From Alphaproteobacteria bacterium (lineage in GTDB: Bacteria > Pseudomonadota > Alphaproteobacteria > Rs-D84): a stretch of 64,000 nt of DNA. A program made the position numbers and the translations under genes. This document shows positions 49,647 to 60,243 of this stretch, in pieces. The stretch lies in assembly GCA_017535105.1 (NCBI GenBank), contig JAFXUI010000001.1, positions 11,207 through 75,206 of the forward strand. The letters run 5' to 3'. The notes under the pieces were generated by a model that was given only the letters and a program-made list of their open reading frames with translations, ran no database searches and was not told where the DNA came from. The first letter of the stretch is position 1. Every line of letters begins with the position of its first letter.

Positions 49647-50516
49647 ATGGACGGGTGGATAATTCTTGATAAAGATAGTGGTATTTTTTCACGCACTGCG
49701 GGTGGGCGCGTGGCGCGTATGTTTCAAAATAAAAAGTTCGGACATATCGGCACACTGGACCCAATGGCATCGGGGGTGCTTGCTATCGCAATTGGCAACG
49801 CCACAAAAATGATTCCATTTGTCGAAGAATTAAATGAAGCGAGTAAGGAATATTTGTTCGGTGTGCGTTTTGGTTATGAAACCGATACACTGGACATAAC
49901 CGGCACTACAATTAAGACGGGTGGGCGCGTACCAAACGAATCGGAAATTGAAAAAATATTGCCGTCTTTTATCGGCGATACTATGCAAACACCACCGGCA
50001 TATTCCGCCGTACACGTTGACGGTGTACGCGCATATAAAATGGCGCGGGGCGGGGCAAATATAGAAATTCCAGCACGCAAAATTCACATTTCCGAATTGG
50101 AATATACGGGTAAAAACGGCGATTCATATGGCTTTCGCGTGGTGTGTTCACGTGGTACATACGTCCGCGCAATCGCACGCGACATTGCCGAAAAATTGAA
50201 TACGATTGCGACTGTGGATATGATACGGCGTACAAAATCGGGGTGCTTTGACATAAAAAACGCGCAAAAACTTGATTTTCTGGAAAATCTGGTGAATAAT
50301 AGCGCAGACATCAAAAAATATTTGATGCCGGTGGATTTTGGACTGGGGGGCATTCCAGTTCTGAATCTGAACGATATTGACGCCGAACTTTATGTTCATG
50401 GTGGCTTTATCAAAGTGGCGCAAACGAATGGTTTGGTACGCGTGTACAACAACGATAGATTTATTGGTGTTGGCGATGTACAGAATCACGAATTACGTCC
50501 AAAACGAACAATATAA
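49647..50516 (+). CDS. truB: tRNA pseudouridine55 synthase TruB
   Basis: It has the catalytic motif GHIGTLDPMASGVL and a PUA-like C-terminus. Confidence 0.92.
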   Translation: MDGWIILDKDSGIFSRTAGGRVARMFQNKKFGHIGTLDPMASGVLAIAIGNATKMIPFVEELNEASKEYLFGVRFGYETDTLDITGTTIKTGGRVPNESEIEKILPSFIGDTMQTPPAYSAVHVDGVRAYKMARGGANIEIPARKIHISELEYTGKNGDSYGFRVVCSRGTYVRAIARDIAEKLNTIATVDMIRRTKSGCFDIKNAQKLDFLENLVNNSADIKKYLMPVDFGLGGIPVLNLNDIDAELYVHGGFIKVAQTNGLVRVYNNDRFIGVGDVQNHELRPKRTI

Positions 50517-50532
50517 ACAAAAGGAAACATAA

Positions 50533-50805
50533 ATGTCCGTTACAAAAGAAAAAAAAGCAGAATTGGTTGCTGCATATAAAACAACAGACAAAGACAACGG
50601 GGGCAGTGCTGCCTCTCAGGTTGCTGTTCTGACCGAACGCATTCGCAACTTGACCGAACATATGAAGGCAAATCACAAAGACGAACATTCAAAACGTGGT
50701 TTGTTGTTGATGGTCAATCGTCGTAAAAAACTGTTGGCTTATATTAAAAAGAACAACGTTTCTGAATACGAAGAACTGATTAAAAAATTAGGTCTGCGTA
50801 AATAA
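50533..50805 (+). CDS. rpsO: 30S ribosomal protein S15
   Basis: It is 90 aa and matches S15 throughout ([35 protein letters not shown]). Confidence 0.95.
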   Translation: MSVTKEKKAELVAAYKTTDKDNGGSAASQVAVLTERIRNLTEHMKANHKDEHSKRGLLLMVNRRKKLLAYIKKNNVSEYEELIKKLGLRK

Positions 50806-50830
50806 AAATTCCGCCACTTCGGCGGATTTT
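50798..50830. terminator. Bidirectional terminator
   Basis: aaaaattccgccacttcggcggatttttt lies between convergent rpsO and accC. Confidence 0.65.
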
Positions 50831-50833
50831 TTA

Positions 50834-52228
50834 TTATTCTTCTTCGCTTATTTCTTCGTCTGATTCGGTTGGTTCTTCGTCGTGTTTCTCAGACAGATAT
50901 TTTTCCAACCAATGATTATCAAACTTTAATTTACGGACATCTTCATTTTTAAGCAAACGCTGTTGTAATGGAATTGTCGTTTTAATTCCTTCAATCACAA
51001 ATTCGTCCAGCGCACGTGTCGCACGCATTATACACGCGGAACGGCTTTGTGCATGAACAATAAGTTTTGCGATCATTGAATCGTATGTTGGTGGAATTGT
51101 GTATCCGGTGTAAACCGCGCTGTCCACACGCACGCCCAGTCCACCCGACGGTGCATACATTGTGATTGTTCCCGGACACGGTGTAAAGTTTTCTGGATCT
51201 TCGGCGTTTATACGAAACTCCATCGCATGACCATGTGCAACAACGTTTGATTGGGTGTATCCCAACTTTTCGCCCGCCGCAATACGAATCTGTTCGCGCA
51301 CCAAGTCAACACCATAAACCATTTCGGTGACGGGGTGTTCCACTTGTAATCTGGTATTCATTTCCAAGAAATAGAACTTGCCGTCTTGGAACATAAATTC
51401 AAACGTTCCGGCATTGGAATATTTCATTTTCTTGGCGGCTTTCTTACAAACCTCTATCATATCATCGCGCTGTTTCTGGGTCAGTGCCGCCGCCGGACAT
51501 TCTTCCATAACCTTTTGATTTTTACGTTGCAACGAGCAATCGCGTTCACCAAAGACAACCACATTACCGTGTTTATCGCCCAAGATTTGGAATTCAATAT
51601 GACGTGGGTGCAACAACAACTTTTCCATATACAGTGTATCGTCACCGAAACCAGACTTGGCCTCTTGCTTGGTCACATTAAATGCCTCAGCCATTTCTTC
51701 GGCGCTCATCACCGCACGCATACCGCGACCGCCACCACCGGCCGCCGCTTTCAGCATAACCGGATAGCCAATTTTTTCCGCCCATTTAAGTGCGTCTTCG
51801 ACACTTTTAATTGCACCATCAGAACCCGGAACAACCGGCAGGCCACATTTAATCGCGGTTTGTTTGGCGTTGACCTTGTCCCCCATCATTTCAATCATAT
51901 CGGGTTCTGGGCCAATCCAAATCATACCGTGTTGTTCAACCTTTTGCGCAAAGTCAGCACGTTCCGATAAAAAGCCGTATCCAGGGTGAATTGCGTCTGA
52001 ATTAGTCAATAATGCCGCCGTTAAAATTGCGGATTCGTTTAAATAAGAATCACGCGCCGGCGCGGGTCCAATACAAACCGATTCATCCGCCAATTGTACG
52101 TGCATCGCGTTTTTATCCGCAGTTGAATACACCGCAACGGTACGAATACCCATATCGCGACAGGCGCGAATTATACGCAGTGCTATTTCACCACGATTTG
52201 CAATTAAAACTTTTTTTATTTTTGGCAT
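50834..52228 (-). CDS. accC: Acetyl-CoA carboxylase biotin carboxylase subunit
   Basis: MPKIKKVLIANRGEIALRIIRAC... with the ATP-grasp domain, conserved throughout. Confidence 0.96.
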   Translation of the reverse strand: MPKIKKVLIANRGEIALRIIRACRDMGIRTVAVYSTADKNAMHVQLADESVCIGPAPARDSYLNESAILTAALLTNSDAIHPGYGFLSERADFAQKVEQHGMIWIGPEPDMIEMMGDKVNAKQTAIKCGLPVVPGSDGAIKSVEDALKWAEKIGYPVMLKAAAGGGGRGMRAVMSAEEMAEAFNVTKQEAKSGFGDDTLYMEKLLLHPRHIEFQILGDKHGNVVVFGERDCSLQRKNQKVMEECPAAALTQKQRDDMIEVCKKAAKKMKYSNAGTFEFMFQDGKFYFLEMNTRLQVEHPVTEMVYGVDLVREQIRIAAGEKLGYTQSNVVAHGHAMEFRINAEDPENFTPCPGTITMYAPSGGLGVRVDSAVYTGYTIPPTYDSMIAKLIVHAQSRSACIMRATRALDEFVIEGIKTTIPLQQRLLKNEDVRKLKFDNHWLEKYLSEKHDEEPTESDEEISEEE

Positions 52229-52231
52229 GGC

Positions 52232-52669
52232 TTATTCAATAACAATCAATGGCTGGTCAAATTCAACCGCAGCGGCATCCGCCACCAACACTTCTTTGAC
52301 GACACCATCGACATCAGATTTAATTGGGTTAAATGTTTTCATCGCCTCAACCAGCGCAACTGTATCACCGGCGTGAACCGTTGCACCAACCTTTACAAAT
52401 GGTTTTGCGCCCGGCTCTGGTGCCAAATATGCGACACCAACCATTGGCGATTTTAATACATGACCCGTAATAACCTCATGCGTTTCTTCATTTATAACGG
52501 GGGCAGCCGCTTCAACCGCATCACCAGATACCGCGACCACCGATTGTTTTGATAAATGAATACGACGATTAAACAACCCGAACAAATAATTACGTTCGAA
52601 ATCTATTTCTGTTATGCCCATATCATCCATTGTTTTTGACAAGGATTCAATGGTGCTACGAAAAGACAT
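52232..52669 (-). CDS. accB: Acetyl-CoA carboxylase biotin carboxyl carrier protein
   Basis: It has the C-terminal biotinyl domain with EAMK (the biotin-attachment Lys) and lies adjacent to accC. Confidence 0.9.
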   Translation of the reverse strand: MSFRSTIESLSKTMDDMGITEIDFERNYLFGLFNRRIHLSKQSVVAVSGDAVEAAAPVINEETHEVITGHVLKSPMVGVAYLAPEPGAKPFVKVGATVHAGDTVALVEAMKTFNPIKSDVDGVVKEVLVADAAAVEFDQPLIVIE

Positions 52670-52743
52670 TTTTTATCCCTTTTTGTTTATAAATAAATAT
52701 TTATGTCTTGTGAATATTGATTCTAGCACATAAACAACCAATG

Positions 52744-52983
52744 TCAAGGCACCGGATCATATCCACAGCCACCCCCCGGCCGACACCGTAAAATCCGGCG
52801 GATTCCCATATACACCCCACGAAACGCGCCATACTTGGTAATGGCGGTTGCCGTATATTCGCTGCAACTGGGGGTAAAGCGACAGGCATTTTTCCCACCG
52901 ATCACACCGGAAATATTCCGCTGGTAAAACCGCACAGCGCATAAAGCACCGCGCGCAAGAAAAGACGGTTTTTTATTCTGCAT
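52744..52983 (-). CDS. yidD: Membrane protein insertion efficiency factor YidD
   Basis: It has the [10 protein letters not shown]...[14 protein letters not shown] signature and lies downstream of rnpA. Confidence 0.85.
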   Translation of the reverse strand: MQNKKPSFLARGALCAVRFYQRNISGVIGGKNACRFTPSCSEYTATAITKYGAFRGVYMGIRRILRCRPGGGCGYDPVP

Positions 52984-53323
52984 CGCTGGAATTTTTGCTT
53001 TGTTTCAGGTGATTTAACGCCTGCGCCATTGCCGCACGGCCATCATCACGCGTGGCGGTTAAAATAGACTGGCGTGCCACAACGACATAGTCCATGTCCG
53101 GCAACATATATTCTTCGTTAAAGCGCACCCAATCGCGCATCAATCGCTTTGCGCGATTACGCTGGGTCGCCAATTTGAACGTCTTTTTGGTCGCAATAAC
53201 CCCATATCGCGCCTTGTCCGGAATGGTACATGGCTTCATACGCACGTAAAAGAATGACGATTTCGCCACTGGGTTATCGTCAGTCATTAAAAAATCTTTA
53301 TGATTCTTTATCGTATCTCGCAT
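52973..53323 (-). CDS. rnpA: Ribonuclease P protein component
   Basis: It has the RNR motif region ([15 protein letters not shown]), is 116 aa, and lies upstream of yidD. No rpmH is present upstream. Confidence 0.82.
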   Translation of the reverse strand: MRDTIKNHKDFLMTDDNPVAKSSFFYVRMKPCTIPDKARYGVIATKKTFKLATQRNRAKRLMRDWVRFNEEYMLPDMDYVVVARQSILTATRDDGRAAMAQALNHLKQSKNSSDAE

Positions 53324-53407
53324 ATCCCTATGATATCACAATATATAAATAATCAAATTTTTTTATTGTCCGTGCCTTGATTTTTGGCAATCTGCGTTTT
53401 ATAGTGA

Positions 53408-54484
<1,077 letters not shown>

Positions 54485-54490
54485 TAAATA

Positions 54491-54518
54491 TTGCAATCTG
54501 AAATTTGTCTGTTATAAT
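54491..54518 (+). promoter_or_regulatory. Sigma-70-like promoter for tRNA-Val (TTGCAA-16-TATAAT)
   Basis: ttgcaa (54491-54496), a 16 nt spacer, then tataat (54513-54518), about 12 nt before the tRNA. Confidence 0.5.
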
Positions 54519-54530
54519 CAGGTTCGCTTT

Positions 54531-54607
54531 GGGTGGTTAGCTCAGTTGGCTAGAGCGTCACGTTGACATCGTGGAGGTCGTTGGTTCGAGCCCAATACCA
54601 CCCACCA
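54531..54607 (+). tRNA. tRNA-Val (anticodon GAC)
   Basis: The cloverleaf was read by hand: acceptor GGGTGGT/ACCACCC, anticodon loop TTGACAT, and an encoded CCA. Confidence 0.88.
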
Positions 54608-54615
54608 GATTTTAT

Positions 54616-54646
54616 AAAAAAACACCGGCATTTGCCGGCATTTTTT
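54616..54646. terminator. Palindromic bidirectional terminator (ACCGGCA family)
   Basis: aaaaaaacaccggcatttgccggcatttttt. Confidence 0.7.
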
Positions 54647-54661
54647 ATTTATATTTTTATA

Positions 54662-55156
54662 TTATCTTGATTTGCCCTTTTCACCCTTGCGCACTGCAAA
54701 ACGAGTTGCCGGCTTAAACCATGCAATCGCCGCTGCAAAAGCGCTTTTATTTTTCAAAGTAATCATTTTGTTCAGCGATATAATCTGATTCAGACGTTCA
54801 TTTTTGGTATAAGTATCCCATTCTGGTGCCTGGTAATAATCAGATGCGCACAGCATAAGCGAATCCAGCAAACGTGTACCTTGGATATTTGCCGGTGAAT
54901 AATATGACGACAAAATACTTAAATCTAAGAATTTGCCTAACACGTTGTACACATCATTTTTATCTTTGACTGTGAAAAAAGCCTTTGGATTTTCGGAAAT
55001 ACCACGTAATTCCGACAAATCGTTTCTCCTTTTTTCATATTCTTCTTCGGTAATTTTCTTTTTTTCGTATTCCAAACGTGCCGAAATCAGTTTAACAACC
55101 GACTTGAAAGTCGATTTGATTGTGGCATTTGCATCAATTGGTCCCTTGTTTGCCAT
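54662..55156 (-). CDS. Hypothetical protein (164 aa), no recognisable family
   Basis: It is a clean ORF between the tRNA-Val terminator and metG, with a Lys/Glu-rich N-terminal half. Confidence 0.4.
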   Translation of the reverse strand: MANKGPIDANATIKSTFKSVVKLISARLEYEKKKITEEEYEKRRNDLSELRGISENPKAFFTVKDKNDVYNVLGKFLDLSILSSYYSPANIQGTRLLDSLMLCASDYYQAPEWDTYTKNERLNQIISLNKMITLKNKSAFAAAIAWFKPATRFAVRKGEKGKSR

Positions 55157-55290
55157 ATAAATCCCCTTTGTTTTGTTGTTATCGTACGTATTTTACCACA
55201 TTTTTCTGAATTTGCTATATTTTTATGTCGTTTCTTGATTTATGGCTTTTTTATTCTATAATTGGCGTAAATTCGATAATGAGGTAAAAA

Positions 55291-57276
55291 ATGGCTAAAA
55301 AATATTTGATTACATCGGCATTGCCATATGTTAACGGTGAATTACACCTTGGGCATTTGGTTGGTTGTTGGTTGCCGTCTGATGTATACGCGCGGTTTTG
55401 TCGTGCGATGGGTCGTGACGTTTTGTTTGTTTGTGGCGCAGACGAACATGGAACACCCGCTGTTGTTGGTGCGGCAAAAGAAAATATGCCAATTATCGAA
55501 TACAATAATAAATATTATGAAAAACATTTGCGTGCCGTACGCGACTTTAATTTGTCGTTTGACTTGTACGGTCGTACGCATACCGAATTACAAGAAAATC
55601 TTATTCACGATTTGTTCACACGCCTTGATTCCCAGGGTTTAATCGAAGAACGCGAAACAATTCAACCATACAGCGTTGATGATGGAATGTTTTTGGCGGA
55701 CCGTCAACTTGTCGGCACATGTCCGAAATGTGGCTATGAAAATGCGCGTGGCGATCAATGTGATAAATGCAGTTCCACCTATGAGGCCACAGAACTCTTG
55801 AACCCACGTTCAACGATATCGGGTTCAACAAATATTGAAATGCGCCCGACCAAAAACTTGTTCTTTTTGGCGTCTAAATTACAGAACGAATGGCACGAAT
55901 GGCTGAAAACACACGCACCAAAATGGTCCAAAACCGCATCTGCAATTGCAAACGGCTGGGCGAATGAGGGTCTGCGCGATACGTCTATTACCCGTGACTT
56001 ACCATGGGGAATTTCTGTGAACAAACCGGGTTACGAAAATAAAGTTTTCTATGTTTGGTTTGATGCCCCATGGGGCTATGTTTCTATTTCAATGGCCGCA
56101 AATCCAGATTGGGCATCTTGGTGGAAAAACGAAGATACACATTATGCACAATTTATGGGCAAAGATAATGTAAAGTTCCATGCGGTGTTTTTCCCAGAAC
56201 AGCAATTGGCGATGCATGACGGTTGGAAAACTGTTGATATGTTAAAATCTATGAACTTTTTGAACTTTGAAGGCGGCAAGTTTTCCAAATCACAAAAACG
56301 CGGTGTGTTCTTGGACGATGCTCTTTCAATTGCACCAAGCGACGCATGGCGTTATGCGTTGATGGCATCTGCTCCAGAAACAGATGATAATGATTTCACA
56401 TTTGTGCGTTTTGCAGACATTGTGAACAAAGACTTGAATGGTATGTTGGGCAACTTTGTTTCGCGTGTTTGTAAATTGACGGCCAAAAACTTTGGTGAAA
56501 AAGTACCAGAATCAGCGGGCACAGATGATGCTTTGACAAAACAAATAAATGAAAAAATCGCCGAATTGACCGCGGCTTTGGACGCGTGTGAATTCCGCGC
56601 AGCAATTGTGGCGTTGCGTTCACTGTACGCAATTGGTAACGAATATATGACCGTCAAAGAACCTTGGACGCTTGTTAAAAACGGCGACATGACGGCGGCT
56701 GGCGCAGTATTGAATACTTGTTTCCAACTGATTGATTTGTATGCGCGTGTGTCTGCACCGTTTATTCCAGACGTGGCCGAAAAGATACAAAACATATTCG
56801 CAGACAAACACGATTTATCGTGGCCAGAAAAATTTGAATCACGCATTGCGAATGGTGAAGTGTTCACGATTCCAGAAAATTTGTTCAACCGCATTGATGA
56901 TGAAACTGTTGCGGCACTCGCCCAAAAATATGCGCCGAAAACAGAAAACAAAATCGTTCCCATTGTTGCCAAGGTTGTTGATGTCAAAGAACACCCGACA
57001 AAAGAAAATTTACATATACTGACGGTAAATGACGGTTCACACGATTTACAAATTGTATGTGGTGCACCGAATGTACATACTGGTTTGATTGGTGTTTTGG
57101 CACCAATTGGTTGCGTGTTACCAGGCGCAAAAAAACCAATTTCACAACGTACTGTTGCCAGTGTTGAATCATACGGCATGATGTGCAGTGCGGCGGAATT
57201 AGGCATTGGAACAAACGCGGACGAAATTGTCGAATTAGACGCAGACGCAAAAATTGGTGAAGAATATAAGGGGTAA
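55291..57276 (+). CDS. metG: Methionyl-tRNA synthetase with C-terminal tRNA-binding (EMAP/Trbp111) domain
   Basis: It has the HIGH motif (PYVNGELHLGH), KMSKS (KFSKS), a Cys4 zinc knuckle (CPKCGYENARGDQCDKC), and a C-terminal OB-fold domain. Confidence 0.96.
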   Translation: MAKKYLITSALPYVNGELHLGHLVGCWLPSDVYARFCRAMGRDVLFVCGADEHGTPAVVGAAKENMPIIEYNNKYYEKHLRAVRDFNLSFDLYGRTHTELQENLIHDLFTRLDSQGLIEERETIQPYSVDDGMFLADRQLVGTCPKCGYENARGDQCDKCSSTYEATELLNPRSTISGSTNIEMRPTKNLFFLASKLQNEWHEWLKTHAPKWSKTASAIANGWANEGLRDTSITRDLPWGISVNKPGYENKVFYVWFDAPWGYVSISMAANPDWASWWKNEDTHYAQFMGKDNVKFHAVFFPEQQLAMHDGWKTVDMLKSMNFLNFEGGKFSKSQKRGVFLDDALSIAPSDAWRYALMASAPETDDNDFTFVRFADIVNKDLNGMLGNFVSRVCKLTAKNFGEKVPESAGTDDALTKQINEKIAELTAALDACEFRAAIVALRSLYAIGNEYMTVKEPWTLVKNGDMTAAGAVLNTCFQLIDLYARVSAPFIPDVAEKIQNIFADKHDLSWPEKFESRIANGEVFTIPENLFNRIDDETVAALAQKYAPKTENKIVPIVAKVVDVKEHPTKENLHILTVNDGSHDLQIVCGAPNVHTGLIGVLAPIGCVLPGAKKPISQRTVASVESYGMMCSAAELGIGTNADEIVELDADAKIGEEYKG

Positions 57277-57407
57277 GTTATGAAAGAAAATGGCAGAATA
57301 GAAAGCGTTCTTGATACGTGTGTTGATTTGTTAAATAAAACATTCGAAGAATCACGCGAAGAAGTTTTTACACGGCTTTATATTTTTAACCAACAAAAAA
57401 CGAAATA

Positions 57408-58004
57408 ATGCCCGATAACGTTAAACTTGTTTTATTATCTTGTTGTGCGCCATGTAGTGCGGGCGCAATAAAGCAACTTGCCGACGGCGGAATTTCCGGT
57501 GTTGATGATTTTGTCGTTTTGTTTTACAACCCAAATATTTTTCCAAACGAAGAATACACAAAACGTATGAACGAACAAATCAAATATTGTGAAGAATTGG
57601 GTGTGAAATATGCTGTTGGCGATTGGGACCATGATAAATGGAAAAACGCGGTGCGCGGTTTGGAAAACGAACCAGAACGCGGAAAACGTTGTGATGTATG
57701 TTTTGCATATCGTTTTGCCTATGCGCGTAATTTCGCGATAAAAAATGGATATAATGCGATCGCATCTGTCTTGGGCGTATCAAAGCACAAGGACCAATCG
57801 CAAGTGGACGCGGCGGCAAAACGTGAATTGGTCGATATTGGGTATATTCCAATCCGTTGGGACGAAAATCTGCGCCAGGCAATAAACCGTGTATCAAACT
57901 TTTATCGTCAAAATTATTGCGGTTGCGAATTCAGTTTTCGTAAAAAACCACAACCCGCGATTCTTGGCATAAACGGTTGCGAAACGGGGAACGGCACACT
58001 ATAA
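57408..58004 (+). CDS. queH: Epoxyqueuosine reductase QueH (DUF208)
   Basis: LVLLSCCAPCS...FYNPNIFPNEEY...EPERGKRCDVCF matches the QueH Cys-ligand pattern. Confidence 0.78.
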   Translation: MPDNVKLVLLSCCAPCSAGAIKQLADGGISGVDDFVVLFYNPNIFPNEEYTKRMNEQIKYCEELGVKYAVGDWDHDKWKNAVRGLENEPERGKRCDVCFAYRFAYARNFAIKNGYNAIASVLGVSKHKDQSQVDAAAKRELVDIGYIPIRWDENLRQAINRVSNFYRQNYCGCEFSFRKKPQPAILGINGCETGNGTL

Positions 58005-58026
58005 TTTATGTATAAAGGGTTTATAA

Positions 58027-58623
58027 ATGCATTTAGTATCAAAGGTTGTTTTTGATTACAATATTGTCAATGGTGATTTTGTTGATGGCAAAAACCTTTC
58101 TAGTCTTGCAGATTTGCAAAGTGCCATAAAGAAAAACACAACCTATGAAAAACCGTTTCTTGTGCGTATTAACAGAATTGTTAAGATTATGGATACAGAT
58201 TCACCAATACTGCATGACGGCAATCCATTTTGTGTTATGAATAAAGATAAATTCAAAACTGTCCAATTTGATGACGAACACTTTGATTTTATTGTTATGG
58301 ACAAATTAATGTACCAACCATATGTACAGAAAATGCTTATAAAAAAATATGGCAGTTCACTTAATTTAGAAAACAAAAAACTTGTTGATAATATACCTGT
58401 GTTGTTGTTTGGGGTTATTGAAGACACGCATTATGGATTAAAGGACAAAGATGGCAACCCAACAACGCAAACTATCCGTTATGTAAATTGTCGCAGTTTA
58501 ACACCTAAAGATATTGTCTTGAATAAAGATTTTTGCCAGATTTGGCCGATTAAATCAAAAAGACCTTTGCTTGCATTGGAAAAATTTTTGCACAAGACAA
58601 AAGAAAACATTCATCAAAAATAA
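58027..58623 (+). CDS. Hypothetical protein (198 aa), no recognisable family
   Basis: It is a clean AT-rich ORF between queH and fabD. Confidence 0.4.
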   Translation: MHLVSKVVFDYNIVNGDFVDGKNLSSLADLQSAIKKNTTYEKPFLVRINRIVKIMDTDSPILHDGNPFCVMNKDKFKTVQFDDEHFDFIVMDKLMYQPYVQKMLIKKYGSSLNLENKKLVDNIPVLLFGVIEDTHYGLKDKDGNPTTQTIRYVNCRSLTPKDIVLNKDFCQIWPIKSKRPLLALEKFLHKTKENIHQK

Positions 58624-58634
58624 AAGGAAATAAA

Positions 58635-59510
58635 ATGTCATCAATATTTGTTTTTCCGGGTCAGGGCGCACAAGTCGTTGGAATGGGGCGCGAACTGTAT
58701 GAATCAAATGCGGCAGCCAAAGCCGTGTTTGATGAGGTTGATGATGCGTTAAACCAAAAATTGTCAGACATCATTTTCAACGGTCCAATGGAAGAATTAA
58801 CATTGACCGCAAATGTTCAGCCGGCAATTATGGCAACATCTATCGCTATGTTGCGCGCGTCAAATGAAAGCGTACCCGAATTTGTCGCGGGACATTCTTT
58901 GGGTGAATACACCGCGCTTTGTGCCGCGGGCGCAATCAGTTTGGCCGACACCGCAAAACTTTTGCGTGTACGTGGAAACGCAATGCAAACCGCTGTTCCG
59001 GTGGGTCACGGTCTTACCGCTGTTATTTTGGGATTGGACATTGATGTTGTGCGTGATATTTGCGCAAAAACAGATTGCGATGTTGCAAACGACAATTGCC
59101 CGGGTCAAGTTGTTATTTCCGGTGCGAAAGAGGTTGTTGAAGCAACAATGGAAAAGTTGAAAGAAGCAGGCGCAAGACGCGCAATGCCACTCGCACTGTC
59201 TGCGCCGGTTCATTGTCGTATGCAGGCACCTGCGGCGGACACAATGCGCGCAGCACTGGAAAATGTGGAAATCAAAACACCAAATGCGAAATTCATATCA
59301 AATAAGACTGCCGATGTGATGATGGACACAAACGACATCAAAGAAGAATTGGTATATCAAATGACACATGGTGTTCGTTGGCGCGAAAGCGTTCTTAAAA
59401 TGCACGAGCTGGGCATTACCGACATGATTGAAATAGGGCCGGGCAATGTTTTAACTGGACTTGCCGGTCGCATTTGTCCCGAAATTAACGCAAAGAAAAT
59501 GGAGATATAA
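58635..59510 (+). CDS. fabD: Malonyl-CoA:ACP transacylase
   Basis: FVFPGQGAQVVGMG...GHSLGEYTALCAAGAI carries the active-site Ser in the GHSLG motif. Confidence 0.93.
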   Translation: MSSIFVFPGQGAQVVGMGRELYESNAAAKAVFDEVDDALNQKLSDIIFNGPMEELTLTANVQPAIMATSIAMLRASNESVPEFVAGHSLGEYTALCAAGAISLADTAKLLRVRGNAMQTAVPVGHGLTAVILGLDIDVVRDICAKTDCDVANDNCPGQVVISGAKEVVEATMEKLKEAGARRAMPLALSAPVHCRMQAPAADTMRAALENVEIKTPNAKFISNKTADVMMDTNDIKEELVYQMTHGVRWRESVLKMHELGITDMIEIGPGNVLTGLAGRICPEINAKKMEI

Positions 59511-59511
59511 A

Positions 59512-60240
59512 ATGTTTGAATTAAATGGACGTGTCGCTTTAATTACTGGTGCAACCGGTGGAATCGGTGGCGAAATTGCACGCAAGATGCGTGCCGCAGG
59601 CGCAACTGTTGTTGTGTCGGGTCGCAGCATTGAAAAATTAAATGCGGAATTTGATGATTCTTATATCAAAATCGCATGTGATTTGGCCGAAGATAGCGCA
59701 GCCGAAGAACTTATGATGAACACAATTGACGCGGCGGGCAAAATCGACATTTTAGTGAACAATGCCGGCATTACCAAAGACACGCTGATTATGCGTATGT
59801 CTGACGAACAATTTGATGATGTGTTGAATACAAATCTGAAATCTTGTTTTAAATTGTGCCGTGCGGCCGTTATGCCAATGATGAAAAATCGTTATGGTCG
59901 TATTATCAACATGGCGTCCATTATCGGTGTTATCGGTGGTGCCGGACAGGCGAATTATGCGGCATCAAAGGGCGGTATGATTGCGATGACAAAATCAATC
60001 GCCGCAGAGGTTGCATCACGCGGTATCACCGCAAACTGTATTGCGCCGGGATTTATCAAAAGTCCAATGACCGATGTTTTGCCGGACGAATTAAAAGAAA
60101 CATACCTTAAACAAATTCCAGCGGGTCGCTTTGGCGAACCAACCGACATTGCGAATTTGTGTGTATTCTTGGCAAGTGAAGAAGCATCATACATCAACGG
60201 ACAAACAATCAACATCAATGGTGGTATGGGACGGTTTTAG
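59512..60240 (+). CDS. fabG: 3-oxoacyl-ACP reductase
   Basis: It has the SDR Rossmann motif (ALITGATGGIGGEIA), NNAGI, and the YAASKGG catalytic triad region. The start is MFELNGRVA at 59512; the track extension back to 59461 overlaps fabD. Confidence 0.92.
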   Translation: MFELNGRVALITGATGGIGGEIARKMRAAGATVVVSGRSIEKLNAEFDDSYIKIACDLAEDSAAEELMMNTIDAAGKIDILVNNAGITKDTLIMRMSDEQFDDVLNTNLKSCFKLCRAAVMPMMKNRYGRIINMASIIGVIGGAGQANYAASKGGMIAMTKSIAAEVASRGITANCIAPGFIKSPMTDVLPDELKETYLKQIPAGRFGEPTDIANLCVFLASEEASYINGQTININGGMGRF

Positions 60241-60243
60241 TAT

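Noticed and set aside
56352-57206. 284 aa ORF on the minus strand opposite metG
   Set aside because: It is antisense to conserved MetRS domains and has no Shine-Dalgarno or homology. It is spurious.
57290-57406. 38-codon ORF (MKENGRIESVLDTCVDLLNKTFEESREEVFTRLYIFNQQKTK) between metG and queH
   Set aside because: It is too short to call without conservation or expression data. It could be a small protein or a leader peptide, but there is no evidence from sequence alone.
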